Assembly (NCBI RefSeq): GCF_000757865.1
Contig: NZ_CP007754.1
Coordinates: 630,001-662,000 of the forward strand
DNA length: 32,000 bases
Source: Prochlorococcus sp. MIT 0801
Lineage (GTDB): Bacteria > Cyanobacteriota > Cyanobacteriia > PCC-6307 > Cyanobiaceae
Direction: 5' to 3'
The notes beneath the pieces were generated by a model, which saw only the letters and a program-made list of their open reading frames with translations, had not been told where the DNA came from and ran no database searches. Position numbers and translations under genes: made by a program. This document shows, in pieces, positions 19,757-28,903 of this stretch (its first letter is position 1; each line of letters begins with the position of its first letter).

Positions 19757-20841
19757 TGTTTAAAGATCAATCTTTAAAGTCAAAACTAGGATTGTTTGCG
19801 GGATTTGTTTTTTGTTCCAATCTCTTTATTTCTTTACCTCTAAGATCTGCTAGTGCTCTTGCTGCTTGGGCCTTAAATAGTAACGGTAGCCTTCAATTAC
19901 GAACTGCTGCTGGGGCTAAATTAGATGCTTTTTATCAATCCTCAACTTCTGATAAAGGTGAGAGGGTTTGGATTGATTTCCCTGGAGAATTAAGCCGACC
20001 TAGAACTATAAAAGGTAATGGATCAGTTAAGGAAATTAGACTAGGTAAACCCTCTAAGGGAAAAACGAGGCTTGTTATTGAATTCTTGCCATCAGTTAAA
20101 TTAGCACCATCAAAATTAAAATTAATTGGCACATCGCGAAATACCTGGGAGTTGGAACTTATTGGTCTAGAAAGTAATTCTTTTAGTTCTATTGAAGAAG
20201 GTAATATTTTAAGAAACTCAATAAAAAGAACTTATGAAAAAATAAAGACTCAGGATTTAGATGTATCTTCTTTACCAGATGTACCCTATGGAAAGTATAA
20301 AGTTGTAATAGATCCAGGGCATGGGGGCTCAGACCCTGGTGCTGTTGGAATAAATGGATTAAGAGAAACTGATATTGTTTTAGAAGTGTCAAAGAGTGTT
20401 TCAGAATTTCTAACAAATAAAGGCGTTAAAACTATTTTAACTCGGAATTACGAGAGAACATTAGACCTACAGCCAAGAGTTGCCAAGGCTAATAATTCAA
20501 AAGCAGATGCTTTTGTGAGTATTCATGCAAATGCAACAAGAGGAAAGCGAAAAGATGTTAACGGCTTAGAAACCTATTATTACTCTGGTTATAAAGGTTA
20601 TTCTTTAGCTAAAAATATTCAAAAACAAATTTTAATTGTTTCTCCGCAAAGCCCTGATAGGGGTGTTCGTAGATCACGCTTTTATGTAATTAGAAAAACA
20701 TCCATGCCTGCAGCTTTAGTAGAGATTGGATTTGTTACTGGTATGTATGATGCTGATTTATTACGACAAAAAAGTTATAGGGATATAATTTCATTTGCTA
20801 TCGCGAGGGGAGTACTGAATTATCTAAAAGTTTCAAATTAG
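19756..20841 (+). CDS. amiC: N-acetylmuramoyl-L-alanine amidase with N-terminal signal peptide and AMIN-like domain
   Basis: The Amidase_3 blocks are IDPGHGGSDPGA, VSIHANA and ALVEIGF. The ATG at 19756 overlaps the nit TGA by 1 nt (TGATG). The ORF track starts one codon earlier at a TTG. Confidence 0.9.
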   Translation: MFKDQSLKSKLGLFAGFVFCSNLFISLPLRSASALAAWALNSNGSLQLRTAAGAKLDAFYQSSTSDKGERVWIDFPGELSRPRTIKGNGSVKEIRLGKPSKGKTRLVIEFLPSVKLAPSKLKLIGTSRNTWELELIGLESNSFSSIEEGNILRNSIKRTYEKIKTQDLDVSSLPDVPYGKYKVVIDPGHGGSDPGAVGINGLRETDIVLEVSKSVSEFLTNKGVKTILTRNYERTLDLQPRVAKANNSKADAFVSIHANATRGKRKDVNGLETYYYSGYKGYSLAKNIQKQILIVSPQSPDRGVRRSRFYVIRKTSMPAALVEIGFVTGMYDADLLRQKSYRDIISFAIARGVLNYLKVSN

Positions 20842-20843
20842 AT

Positions 20844-21641
20844 ATGCGTATTGGATTATTTGATAGTGGTATTGGAGGTTTTTCTGTTCTAAAAAAGGTT
20901 ATTGAGTTATGTCCAGATAATTCATTTATATATTTGGCTGATACAGCAAGACTTCCCTATGGAGTAAAGACAAATAATGAGATCAAAAAAATTGCTGAAG
21001 AAATATCATCTTGGTTTAGTTATCAGAAAATTGACGCTTTTTTGGTTGCTTGTAACACAACAAATGCTATTGCCTTGGACGTACTCAAAAATAATTTAGA
21101 TGTCCCTGTTTTTGACTTGATTGGCTCTGCTGCCTCAACCATTAAGGAATCTAGGGTAGGTGTTCTCGCAACTCCTTCTACAGTAAAAAACAAGGCTTAT
21201 ACAAATGCAATTTTAGATATCAAGCCCAAAACATTTGTAATTGAGCAACCATGCCCTGATTTTGTTCCAATGATTGAAATGGATAACATTAATTCAGATG
21301 AGATTACTGATGTTGCGAATGGATATTTACAACCTCTTTTAAAACAAAAAATTCATTCTTTAATTCTTGGCTGTAGTCATTATCCTCTCATAACTCCTTT
21401 GCTGACTGAGATTTTACCCTCTGGTGTTAAATTGATTGATCCAGCAGAAGCTCTTTCTTTGAAGTTGAAGTTGTTTATGGATTCAAAAACAAGCAATTTC
21501 TCAAAGAGAAGAAAATCAGTTGATTTAAAGTTTTACGTAACCTCTAATCTTGAAAATTTTCCAAATAAAGCTAAACATTGGTTAGATGTGTTTCCTGAAG
21601 TTAATCTGGTTTCACTACAGAAGAAGGGCTGGGTCTCTTAA
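20844..21641 (+). CDS. murI: Glutamate racemase
   Basis: The blocks are GLFDSGIGGFSV, the first catalytic Cys in VACNT and the second in LGCSHYP. Confidence 0.92.
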   Translation: MRIGLFDSGIGGFSVLKKVIELCPDNSFIYLADTARLPYGVKTNNEIKKIAEEISSWFSYQKIDAFLVACNTTNAIALDVLKNNLDVPVFDLIGSAASTIKESRVGVLATPSTVKNKAYTNAILDIKPKTFVIEQPCPDFVPMIEMDNINSDEITDVANGYLQPLLKQKIHSLILGCSHYPLITPLLTEILPSGVKLIDPAEALSLKLKLFMDSKTSNFSKRRKSVDLKFYVTSNLENFPNKAKHWLDVFPEVNLVSLQKKGWVS

Positions 21642-21663
21642 TATTAAAAAGTAGAGCGGTTTT

Positions 21664-22635
21664 ATGACCACAGCCACAGAAATTCTTCAACCTGTAGAAC
21701 TTGATCTAGAAGCGCTGCTACTAGATCTTCGCAGTCTCATAGGCGCTGGACACCCTATTTTGCAGGCTGCTGCAGAGCATCTTTTTAGTGCAGGCGGTAA
21801 ACGTTTAAGACCTGGAATTGTTTTATTAATATCAAGAGCTTTGACTTCTGAAAAGGATCTTCCTTTGAAACATCGAAAATTGGCACAAATTACTGAGATG
21901 ATTCATACCGCTTCCCTAGTTCATGATGATGTCGTTGATGAAGCTGATACCCGTCGAGGTGTTGAAACTGTCCATAGTCGATTTGATCCCAGGATCGCTG
22001 TTCTTGCTGGAGATTTTCTATTCGCTCAAGCAAGTTGGCATTTGGCAAATCTTGAGAATTTAGATGTTGTTAAATTGTTAAGTAGAGTGATTATGGATCT
22101 GGCTGAGGGTGAAATAAAGCAGGGACTTAATAGATTTGATTCAAGTCAATCCTTTGAGAGTTATTTAGAGAAAAGTTACTGTAAAACAGCCTCTCTAATT
22201 GCTAACAGCTCTAAGGCTATTGGTGTTTTATCCGATGTTGATCAAGACAGCTTAAATTCACTCTATTTTTTTGGAAGACAGTTAGGATTGGCCTTTCAGG
22301 TGGTTGACGATATTCTTGACTTCACTGGAAATGACGAACAATTAGGTAAACCTGCAGCTAGTGATCTCCAAAGTGGGTATCTTACTGCACCAGTTTTCTA
22401 TGCTTTGGAAGAAAATCCAACTCTTAGCGAACTTATTATTGGTAAATTCTCCAAAAAAGATGATCTTGATAAGGCTCTGTCACTAGTTAGGAACTCAAGT
22501 GCGATCAAAAAATCAAGAGAATTAGCCGAACAATTTGCATCAGAATCTAAAGATTCTATTTCATGGTTGCCAGATTCACCATCAAAAAAAGCTTTACTTG
22601 AACTACCTGAATTTGTTATCAGTAGACTTTATTAA
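21664..22635 (+). CDS. sdsA: Solanesyl (all-trans-nonaprenyl) diphosphate synthase
   Basis: It has the trans-prenyltransferase Asp-rich motifs LVHDDVVDE (first) and VVDDILDF (second), plus GGKRLRP. The size fits long-chain polyprenyl synthases of cyanobacteria. Confidence 0.88.
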   Translation: MTTATEILQPVELDLEALLLDLRSLIGAGHPILQAAAEHLFSAGGKRLRPGIVLLISRALTSEKDLPLKHRKLAQITEMIHTASLVHDDVVDEADTRRGVETVHSRFDPRIAVLAGDFLFAQASWHLANLENLDVVKLLSRVIMDLAEGEIKQGLNRFDSSQSFESYLEKSYCKTASLIANSSKAIGVLSDVDQDSLNSLYFFGRQLGLAFQVVDDILDFTGNDEQLGKPAASDLQSGYLTAPVFYALEENPTLSELIIGKFSKKDDLDKALSLVRNSSAIKKSRELAEQFASESKDSISWLPDSPSKKALLELPEFVISRLY

Positions 22636-22636
22636 C

Positions 22637-23317
22637 TTAATACTCATTCAATATTTGTTCAATTTCTTTTAAATGTGTGATTTGTTTTAAATTAATGTTT
22701 TGGTCAAAATCTTCTTTTTTCGGAAGTTGATCACGTTTTTCTTTTAAAAAGAAAACACAACAACCCGCTTCAATCGCAGAAGTTACTCCAGCAATTGAAT
22801 CTTCAACAGCCCAACATTCTTTAGCAGAAATATTTAACTTTTCAGCGGCTAATAGATATGGATCTGGAGCTGGTTTCCCTTTGGCTAGTAATTTTTCATC
22901 GCCAAGAACCATTACAGAAAAAAGATTTATCCACTTATGAGGAGCAGTCTTTATCTGGAAAGATTCAGAGCTGCTACTGGTTACTAACGCCATTGGGATA
23001 TTGTTTTTATGACATCTTTTGACCAAACTTTCGCCACCTTGCATTGCTTGTGCAGTGAGGATGAGTTGTCTTGAGATGGGCTTATGGAGTGTTAGTAACT
23101 CTTTTGCTTTTACTTCCTTTGGAATTAATTTAACCAGTTCATTGGCACAATCAATTCTTCTTTTGCCTCTTAAGAGCTTTAGTTGATTATCAGTTAGATT
23201 TAGATCAAAAAGTGCTGCGGTTTCTCTCCATGCTTGTCCATGTAAGGGTTCTGAATCAATTAGAACTCCATCAAGATCAAATAAAAATGCTTTAGGAAAA
23301 TTCCAATTTTTCTTCAT
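22637..23317 (-). CDS. HAD-superfamily hydrolase (beta-phosphoglucomutase/CbbY-like subfamily IA)
   Basis: The motifs are HAD motif I FDLDGVLIDSE, motif II LVTSS and motifs III/IV GKPAPDPY...VEDSIAGV. Confidence 0.88.
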   Translation of the reverse strand: MKKNWNFPKAFLFDLDGVLIDSEPLHGQAWRETAALFDLNLTDNQLKLLRGKRRIDCANELVKLIPKEVKAKELLTLHKPISRQLILTAQAMQGGESLVKRCHKNNIPMALVTSSSSESFQIKTAPHKWINLFSVMVLGDEKLLAKGKPAPDPYLLAAEKLNISAKECWAVEDSIAGVTSAIEAGCCVFFLKEKRDQLPKKEDFDQNINLKQITHLKEIEQILNEY

Positions 23318-23409
23318 TATGAATTTGTTTTAAATAAGAGTTTCACTATTCAAGCCTTTTGGTCAGAAATAGCTTGAATGCAATAAATGAAAAGTTGTTT
23401 TTATCTTTC

Positions 23410-25386
23410 ATGAATTCAGACAATTCTAACTCTATTGAGTCTGTTCTTCAGGAGCAGAGAGTTTTCCCCCCCTCTGATGCCTTTTCCCATAAAAGTAGAA
23501 TCTCATCTTTTTCAAAGTATTTGGAAATGTCGGAGATGGCTAAATCAGATCCAAATAAATTTTGGGGTGATGCAGCTAGAGAAGAATTACATTGGTTTAA
23601 AGCTTTTGATAAAGTCCTCGATTGGTCCAAGCCACCATTCGCTAGATGGTTTGATGGAGGAAAAACCAATATTTCTTTTAACTGTTTAGATCGTCATTTA
23701 AGTAGCTCAACAGCTGACAAAGTAGCCTTGATTTGGGAAGGCGAGCCAGGTGATCAAAAAAAATATACCTATAAACAACTACACAAAGAAGTTTGCAAAG
23801 CAGCTAATGCACTCAAGTCTATAGGTATAGGCAAAGGAGATCTTGTCGCTTTGTATATGCCTATGGTGCCTGAGGCTGCAATTGCAATGCTTGCTTGTGC
23901 AAGGATTGGAGCACCACATTCAGTTGTTTTTGGAGGCTTTTCTTCTGAGGCTCTGAGGGATCGATTAATTAATGGAGAGGCGAAAGCAGTAATTACTGCT
24001 GATGGTGGCTTTAGAAAAGATAAAGTGATTCCTCTCAAAGATGCCGTTGACTCAGCATTAGAAAATGGTGCTTGTCCAAAGGTCGAATCTGTTTTAGTTG
24101 TTCAAAGAACAAAAAAACTTATTGCTATGGATAAGGGGAGAGATTATTGGTGGCATGAAATTGTAGATAGTCAATCAGAAGAATGTTTCCCAGAACAAAT
24201 GGATAGTGAGGATTGCTTATTTGTTTTGTACACTTCTGGCTCTACGGGCAAACCAAAGGGAGTAGTTCATTCAACTGCTGGGTACAATCTTTGGTCTCAT
24301 TTAACTTTTAAATGGATTTTTGATATTCGTGAAAATGATGTTTATTGGTGCACAGCTGATGTGGGTTGGATCACTGGACACAGTTATATCGTCTATGGCC
24401 CGCTATCTAATGGAGCTACTACTGTTATGTATGAAGGAGTTCCTAGGCCCTCAAATCCAGGAGCTTTTTGGGATGTAATTCAGAAGCATAGGATTTCGAT
24501 TTTTTACACTGCTCCAACAGCTATAAGGGCCTTTATGAAAGCAGGAGAAAAGATTCCTAAGCAATACGATTTATCTAGTTTGAGACTTTTAGGAACTGTT
24601 GGAGAGCCAATTAATCCAGAGGCTTGGATCTGGTATCGAGATGTTATTGGGGGAGGGAGATGTCCCATAGTTGATACATGGTGGCAAACAGAAACTGGAG
24701 GAGTAATGATTAGTCCTCTTCCAGGAGCGACTCCAACCAAGCCTGGTTCAGCAACTTTCCCTTTGCCTGGGATTGAAGCCGATGTGGTCAATTCAGAGGG
24801 GGAATCTGTCGCTAATAATGAGGGTGGATATTTAGTAGTTAAAAGACCATGGCCTGGAATGATGAGAAATGTTTACGGAGATGAAAAAAGATTTAGAGAG
24901 AGTTACTGGGAATATTTAAAACCTTCAGACAATAGCCATATATATTTTGCTGGGGATGGGGCACGAAGAGATGAAGAAGGTTATTTTTGGGTTATGGGGC
25001 GAGTTGATGATGTCATAAATGTTTCTGGTCATAGGCTTGGAACAATGGAAATAGAATCAGCATTAGTTAGTCATGAGCTCATCTCAGAAGCTGCAGTTGT
25101 GGGTAGACCTGATGACTTGAAAGGTGAGTCAATAGTAGCCTTCGTTACTTTAAAAACTGGTGCAGAAGCAAATGAAAAAATTGAGGCACAATTAAAAAAA
25201 CACGTTGTTAATGAAATTGGAGCTATTGCCAAACCTGATGAATTAAAATTTACTGACTCTCTTCCTAAAACAAGAAGTGGCAAAATAATGCGCAGAATTT
25301 TAAGAGCACTGGCTTCGGGCGACGAAATCAGTGGGGATACAAGTACTCTTGAAGATAGATCAGTTTTAGATAAATTAAGAAATTAA
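23410..25386 (+). CDS. acs: Acetyl-CoA synthetase
   Basis: The blocks are the AMP-binding motif [33 protein letters not shown] and [11 protein letters not shown]. The ORF track begins at a TTG at 23359, but the ATG at 23410 ([21 protein letters not shown]) fits Acs N-termini better. Confidence 0.93.
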   Translation: MNSDNSNSIESVLQEQRVFPPSDAFSHKSRISSFSKYLEMSEMAKSDPNKFWGDAAREELHWFKAFDKVLDWSKPPFARWFDGGKTNISFNCLDRHLSSSTADKVALIWEGEPGDQKKYTYKQLHKEVCKAANALKSIGIGKGDLVALYMPMVPEAAIAMLACARIGAPHSVVFGGFSSEALRDRLINGEAKAVITADGGFRKDKVIPLKDAVDSALENGACPKVESVLVVQRTKKLIAMDKGRDYWWHEIVDSQSEECFPEQMDSEDCLFVLYTSGSTGKPKGVVHSTAGYNLWSHLTFKWIFDIRENDVYWCTADVGWITGHSYIVYGPLSNGATTVMYEGVPRPSNPGAFWDVIQKHRISIFYTAPTAIRAFMKAGEKIPKQYDLSSLRLLGTVGEPINPEAWIWYRDVIGGGRCPIVDTWWQTETGGVMISPLPGATPTKPGSATFPLPGIEADVVNSEGESVANNEGGYLVVKRPWPGMMRNVYGDEKRFRESYWEYLKPSDNSHIYFAGDGARRDEEGYFWVMGRVDDVINVSGHRLGTMEIESALVSHELISEAAVVGRPDDLKGESIVAFVTLKTGAEANEKIEAQLKKHVVNEIGAIAKPDELKFTDSLPKTRSGKIMRRILRALASGDEISGDTSTLEDRSVLDKLRN

Positions 25387-25388
25387 TA

Positions 25389-26126
25389 TTAAACTTTCCA
25401 ATGAGTTACTTGATCGACTATTAAATCAATTTTTTCGTATTTTAATAAACTTTGGAAATTTGATTTTAGTAACTTTTCTCTTAGCCCTACGCTTACTGGA
25501 GTTAGGTGATTACCTTCTAATTGCATAATTTTAGATTTATCAGTGGGTCTTTTTTGTAATGATTCAAGTAATAAATCGTTTTGATCTAGATTATCATTTC
25601 TAAATTTTATTAATAGATTATTTATTTGCTCATAGTGTTCTCTAACGAGATTTAATGTTTCGGCAGGACTTGGACTAAACTCTGCTTCAAAGTCAAGCTT
25701 TTGAGACATTTTCCTAAGTAATGGTATAGATTTATCAGCCTTGAAATTATTAAAGCTCATAGCGACTAAACCATCGCAATTCCTTCCACCATCTGGCGCT
25801 AGTAAATGTAATTTACATCCAAGACTATGTCCCAATCTTATTGATTTTGGTATTAAGCCAACTCTCTTTTCAAGAATTTTTCGACATTGACGGAATTGTT
25901 TCCAAGCATGATTGGCTTGAAGTTGATGATCAAAATTAGGGATATAGCCCCATGAATGAACTGCAAAATTTCTTTTTAAAAGACAAGAAATAAGCCTTTT
26001 GTATGTAACTTCTGGCTTTATTGAAATATAGCTACCTCCAATTAGTTCTATTAGACCAATTGGTCTTGAAGGCCATTGACAAGAAACATTACTTATACGC
26101 CTAGAAGTGTTCATTGAGGAAAACAC
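25389..26126 (-). CDS. DUF1350-family alpha/beta-hydrolase-like protein
   Basis: This is a 245-aa ORF with a nucleophile-elbow GHSLG. The family is shared by cyanobacteria and plants (from recall). The start is GTG at 26126, with an alternative ATG at 26114. Confidence 0.75.
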   Translation of the reverse strand: MFSSMNTSRRISNVSCQWPSRPIGLIELIGGSYISIKPEVTYKRLISCLLKRNFAVHSWGYIPNFDHQLQANHAWKQFRQCRKILEKRVGLIPKSIRLGHSLGCKLHLLAPDGGRNCDGLVAMSFNNFKADKSIPLLRKMSQKLDFEAEFSPSPAETLNLVREHYEQINNLLIKFRNDNLDQNDLLLESLQKRPTDKSKIMQLEGNHLTPVSVGLREKLLKSNFQSLLKYEKIDLIVDQVTHWKV

Positions 26127-26253
26127 TATATAAAAAGAGATAGATGTCGATTATAAATTAAATATGTGTATCTCTTATTTCTAATGATCTAATAAGTTTT
26201 TATTCAAGACTGTTTTTATGATGATAATAGGGGCATGATTAATTTGTTTTGAA

Positions 26254-27099
26254 GTGAAAGAAGTGCAAAATCGTCAGAAAGAAAGCGAACAGCTTGGCTT
26301 TCTGTATGAAACAACTAGAGAAATTTCTAATAAAAAAGAAATTGATTTAGGAGTAAAAAGTTCTTTAAACTCAAAAAAAGAACCGGTTGAAATACTAAGA
26401 GAAGAACGTTTACCTAAGAATATCTTGATTTTAGATACGGAAACCACAGGTCTTGACAATAAGAATGATGATTGCCTTGAAGTAGGTTCGATACTTTTTA
26501 ATGTCAAAACTAGATCAGTGTTAGCGCAGCAATCGTTTCTTTTACCAGTTGAAAATAATAACGCAGAAAAAATAAATAACATTCCTGCTGAGATAACTAG
26601 ATTACCTCAACCTTTATCTGAAGCAATTAAATACTTTGAATCTTTGGTTCGTGTATCAGATGTGATTGTTGCTCACAATGCAGAATTTGATATGAAATGG
26701 TTTGGTCTCAATAAATTGCCTGAAATTGACAAAAAGTGGATTTGTTCTATGGACGATATAACTTGGCCAGCTGATAGACAATTGAAGCCTCGCCCTTCTG
26801 TTAGAGATCTTGCATTGGCTTATGGTGTACCAGTCTGGAATGCACATAGAGCTTTGACAGATTGCATATATCTGGCAGAGGTTTTTAAAAGATGTAGTGA
26901 ACTTGAAAAACTATTGATTAGAGCATTAGAACCAAAAATTCTATTTCGCGCTGAGATCTCATATGAAGAAAGGGATCTGGCGAAAAGAGCTGGCTTTAGG
27001 TGGAATGATGCAATTAAGGGTGCTTGGTCTAAAAGAATGAGTCGTCTGGAGATGGAAAAATTAGACTTCCCTGTACAAGAAGTCGACTTTAATACTTGA
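26254..27099 (+). CDS. Stand-alone DEDDh 3'-5' exonuclease (DnaQ/epsilon-like) with N- and C-terminal extensions
   Basis: The exonuclease motifs are Exo I LDTETTGLD, Exo II VAHNAEFD and Exo III HRALTDC. The start is GTG. About 55 aa of polar N-terminal extension precede the domain. A ~60-aa C-terminal module follows it (ISYEERDLAKRAGFRWNDAIKGAWSKRM). Confidence 0.85.
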   Translation: MKEVQNRQKESEQLGFLYETTREISNKKEIDLGVKSSLNSKKEPVEILREERLPKNILILDTETTGLDNKNDDCLEVGSILFNVKTRSVLAQQSFLLPVENNNAEKINNIPAEITRLPQPLSEAIKYFESLVRVSDVIVAHNAEFDMKWFGLNKLPEIDKKWICSMDDITWPADRQLKPRPSVRDLALAYGVPVWNAHRALTDCIYLAEVFKRCSELEKLLIRALEPKILFRAEISYEERDLAKRAGFRWNDAIKGAWSKRMSRLEMEKLDFPVQEVDFNT

Positions 27100-27194
27100 A
27101 GTAGATCTTTCATAAAGTACTCATTTCAAATCTTTTCTTTATGTTTAATGTATTGAGTAATGAGTTTTTTTAGAGTTTTCTCCATGATTGATCT

Positions 27195-27482
27195 ATGAGG
27201 AAATATTTCACTAAGAAAAAAATAGTTGGTCAGACGGCTCTTTTTAAAAGTAAGACTGACGGTAACGAATTAAAAAAGCGTCTCAGGCAATGGCAGCACT
27301 CAAGAAGTTGGGCTCGTTTGATTTGTGAAGCGGAAAAAATGTGGACTCTTGAATCAAAAGAACTTAAGAGACTCGGCGCTATGGAATTAATTCAACTTCA
27401 AAATGAAATGCCTTTTAATGTGAGAAGAAGAGTTAATTTTTGGTTGGTTAAATATTCAGGCGCTACGCGACTAGAGGATTAA
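27195..27482 (+). CDS. Hypothetical basic 95-aa protein
   Basis: It is an ATG-initiated ORF in an otherwise empty 510-nt gap, on the same strand as its neighbours. Its composition looks protein-like rather than like AT-rich noise, with Trp and Arg spaced through predicted helices. I recognise no family. Confidence 0.5.
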   Translation: MRKYFTKKKIVGQTALFKSKTDGNELKKRLRQWQHSRSWARLICEAEKMWTLESKELKRLGAMELIQLQNEMPFNVRRRVNFWLVKYSGATRLED

Positions 27483-27610
27483 CCTTAATTACCTTGCTAA
27501 GTTGAACCTCTCCAATTTGGTTTTCAAAACTTACTCTTTTAAAAAATATTTTACAGTTTACGTAAACAATTACTATTAAACAAACAACAAATATTTTTGC
27601 TGAAGCTACT

Positions 27611-28882
27611 TTGACCAATCTCAAGAATTTAAGAGGAATGGTGGATCTTTTACCTGCTCAGAGTCAGAGCTGGCAAAAGGTCGAATCAATTGCGCTTGAA
27701 CATTTTAGTCGGGCTGGGCTTCAAGAAATTAGAACACCAATTGTTGAACAAACTGAATTATTTGCAAGGGGTATTGGTGAAAATACCGATGTTGTGTGCA
27801 AAGAAATGTACAATTTTGAAGATAAAGGAGGTCGTTCTTGCACTTTGAGACCTGAAGGGACAGCTTCTGTCGCGAGATCAATTGTCCAGCATGGGTTGTT
27901 AAATAATGGGCCTCAAAGGCTCTGGTATAGAGGACCAATGTTTAGATACGAGCGTCCTCAAGCAGGAAGACAAAGGCAGTTCCATCAAATTGGAGTTGAA
28001 TTTGTTGGATTGGCCTCTGTTATGAGTGACGCTGAGGTTATTTCAATAGCTTGGAACTTTTTAAAGGATGTTGGTCTGAATGATTTGACTTTAGAAATTA
28101 ATAGTCTTGGAAGTAATGCAGATAGAAGTATTTTTAAAGAAGAGCTGAAAGATTGGCTTAATCAGAGATTTGATTTCTTAGATGAAGATTCTCAGAAAAG
28201 AATTAATGTTAATCCCTTGAGAATATTAGATAGTAAAAATAATTCCATGAAAGAACTTTTGTCTGAAGCACCTTCTCTAAACAACTTTTTATCTCATGAA
28301 AGTAAAACTAGATTTGATTATTTAAAGGAGTTACTAAATAATCTAAAGATCCCATATAAAATTAACAATAACTTAGTAAGGGGGCTTGATTATTATTCTC
28401 ATACAGCCTTCGAAATAACAAGTGATGACCTGGGTTCTCAATCAACTGTATGTGGTGGGGGACGTTACGATGGCCTGATAAGCGAACTAGGGGGGGGGCA
28501 AGCTCCCTCAATTGGCTGGGCTATTGGGATGGAAAGGTTGATAATTCTTGCTGGAGATAAAATTTTACAATCAAAATCTCCAGATGCTTATGTGATTCAT
28601 AAGGGTGAAAAAGCTGAACAACTTGCTTTGGAAATTACTTGTCAGTTAAGGTCGTCTAACTTAATGATTGAATTGGACTACTCAGGTTCATCTTTTTCAA
28701 AACAGTTTAGGCGAGCAGATAAAAGTAGGGCCAAATGGGCCTTAGTGATAGGTGAGGATGAGGCATCTAAGGGGCAATTATTGATGAAGAAATTAAGGGA
28801 TAAACAAAAGGATGAGAAGAGTAAGGAATATATTTTTTCAAAGGAGGATCTAGATCAATTAATTAAGAAGTTGATTGCCTAA
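27611..28882 (+). CDS. hisS: Histidyl-tRNA synthetase
   Basis: The N-terminus [12 protein letters not shown] aligns with the E. coli HisS NIQAIRGMNDYLP. The class II motif 2 is [16 protein letters not shown] and motif 3 is GGGRYDGL. The start is TTG at 27611, and the only in-frame ATG falls inside the conserved RGM block. Confidence 0.93.
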   Translation: MTNLKNLRGMVDLLPAQSQSWQKVESIALEHFSRAGLQEIRTPIVEQTELFARGIGENTDVVCKEMYNFEDKGGRSCTLRPEGTASVARSIVQHGLLNNGPQRLWYRGPMFRYERPQAGRQRQFHQIGVEFVGLASVMSDAEVISIAWNFLKDVGLNDLTLEINSLGSNADRSIFKEELKDWLNQRFDFLDEDSQKRINVNPLRILDSKNNSMKELLSEAPSLNNFLSHESKTRFDYLKELLNNLKIPYKINNNLVRGLDYYSHTAFEITSDDLGSQSTVCGGGRYDGLISELGGGQAPSIGWAIGMERLIILAGDKILQSKSPDAYVIHKGEKAEQLALEITCQLRSSNLMIELDYSGSSFSKQFRRADKSRAKWALVIGEDEASKGQLLMKKLRDKQKDEKSKEYIFSKEDLDQLIKKLIA

Positions 28883-28903
28883 AAAAATTATGGATTGTTT
28901 TAA

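Noticed and set aside
26274-27113. Three minus-strand ORFs (102, 63 and 97 aa) tiling the exonuclease gene
   Set aside because: Two of them share one antisense frame offset by one nucleotide from the sense codons, which is the classic shadow-ORF geometry. The peptides are low-complexity S/L/F-rich and have no motifs. The sense strand carries intact DEDDh motifs.
27119-27171. ACTCATT...AATGAGT stem followed by T7 after the exonuclease gene
   Set aside because: The 7-bp stem encloses a ~33-nt loop, and an alternative TGAGT pairing exists. It is too weak to call an intrinsic terminator, although the T-run is suggestive.
27556-27567. Perfect 12-nt palindrome GTTTACGTAAAC about 45 nt upstream of hisS
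   Set aside because: Six-bp-arm palindromes are expected several times by chance in 32 kb of AT-rich DNA. It does not match the NtcA (GTA-N8-TAC) or cyanobacterial LexA consensus. It would only be worth revisiting if conserved in orthologous spacers.
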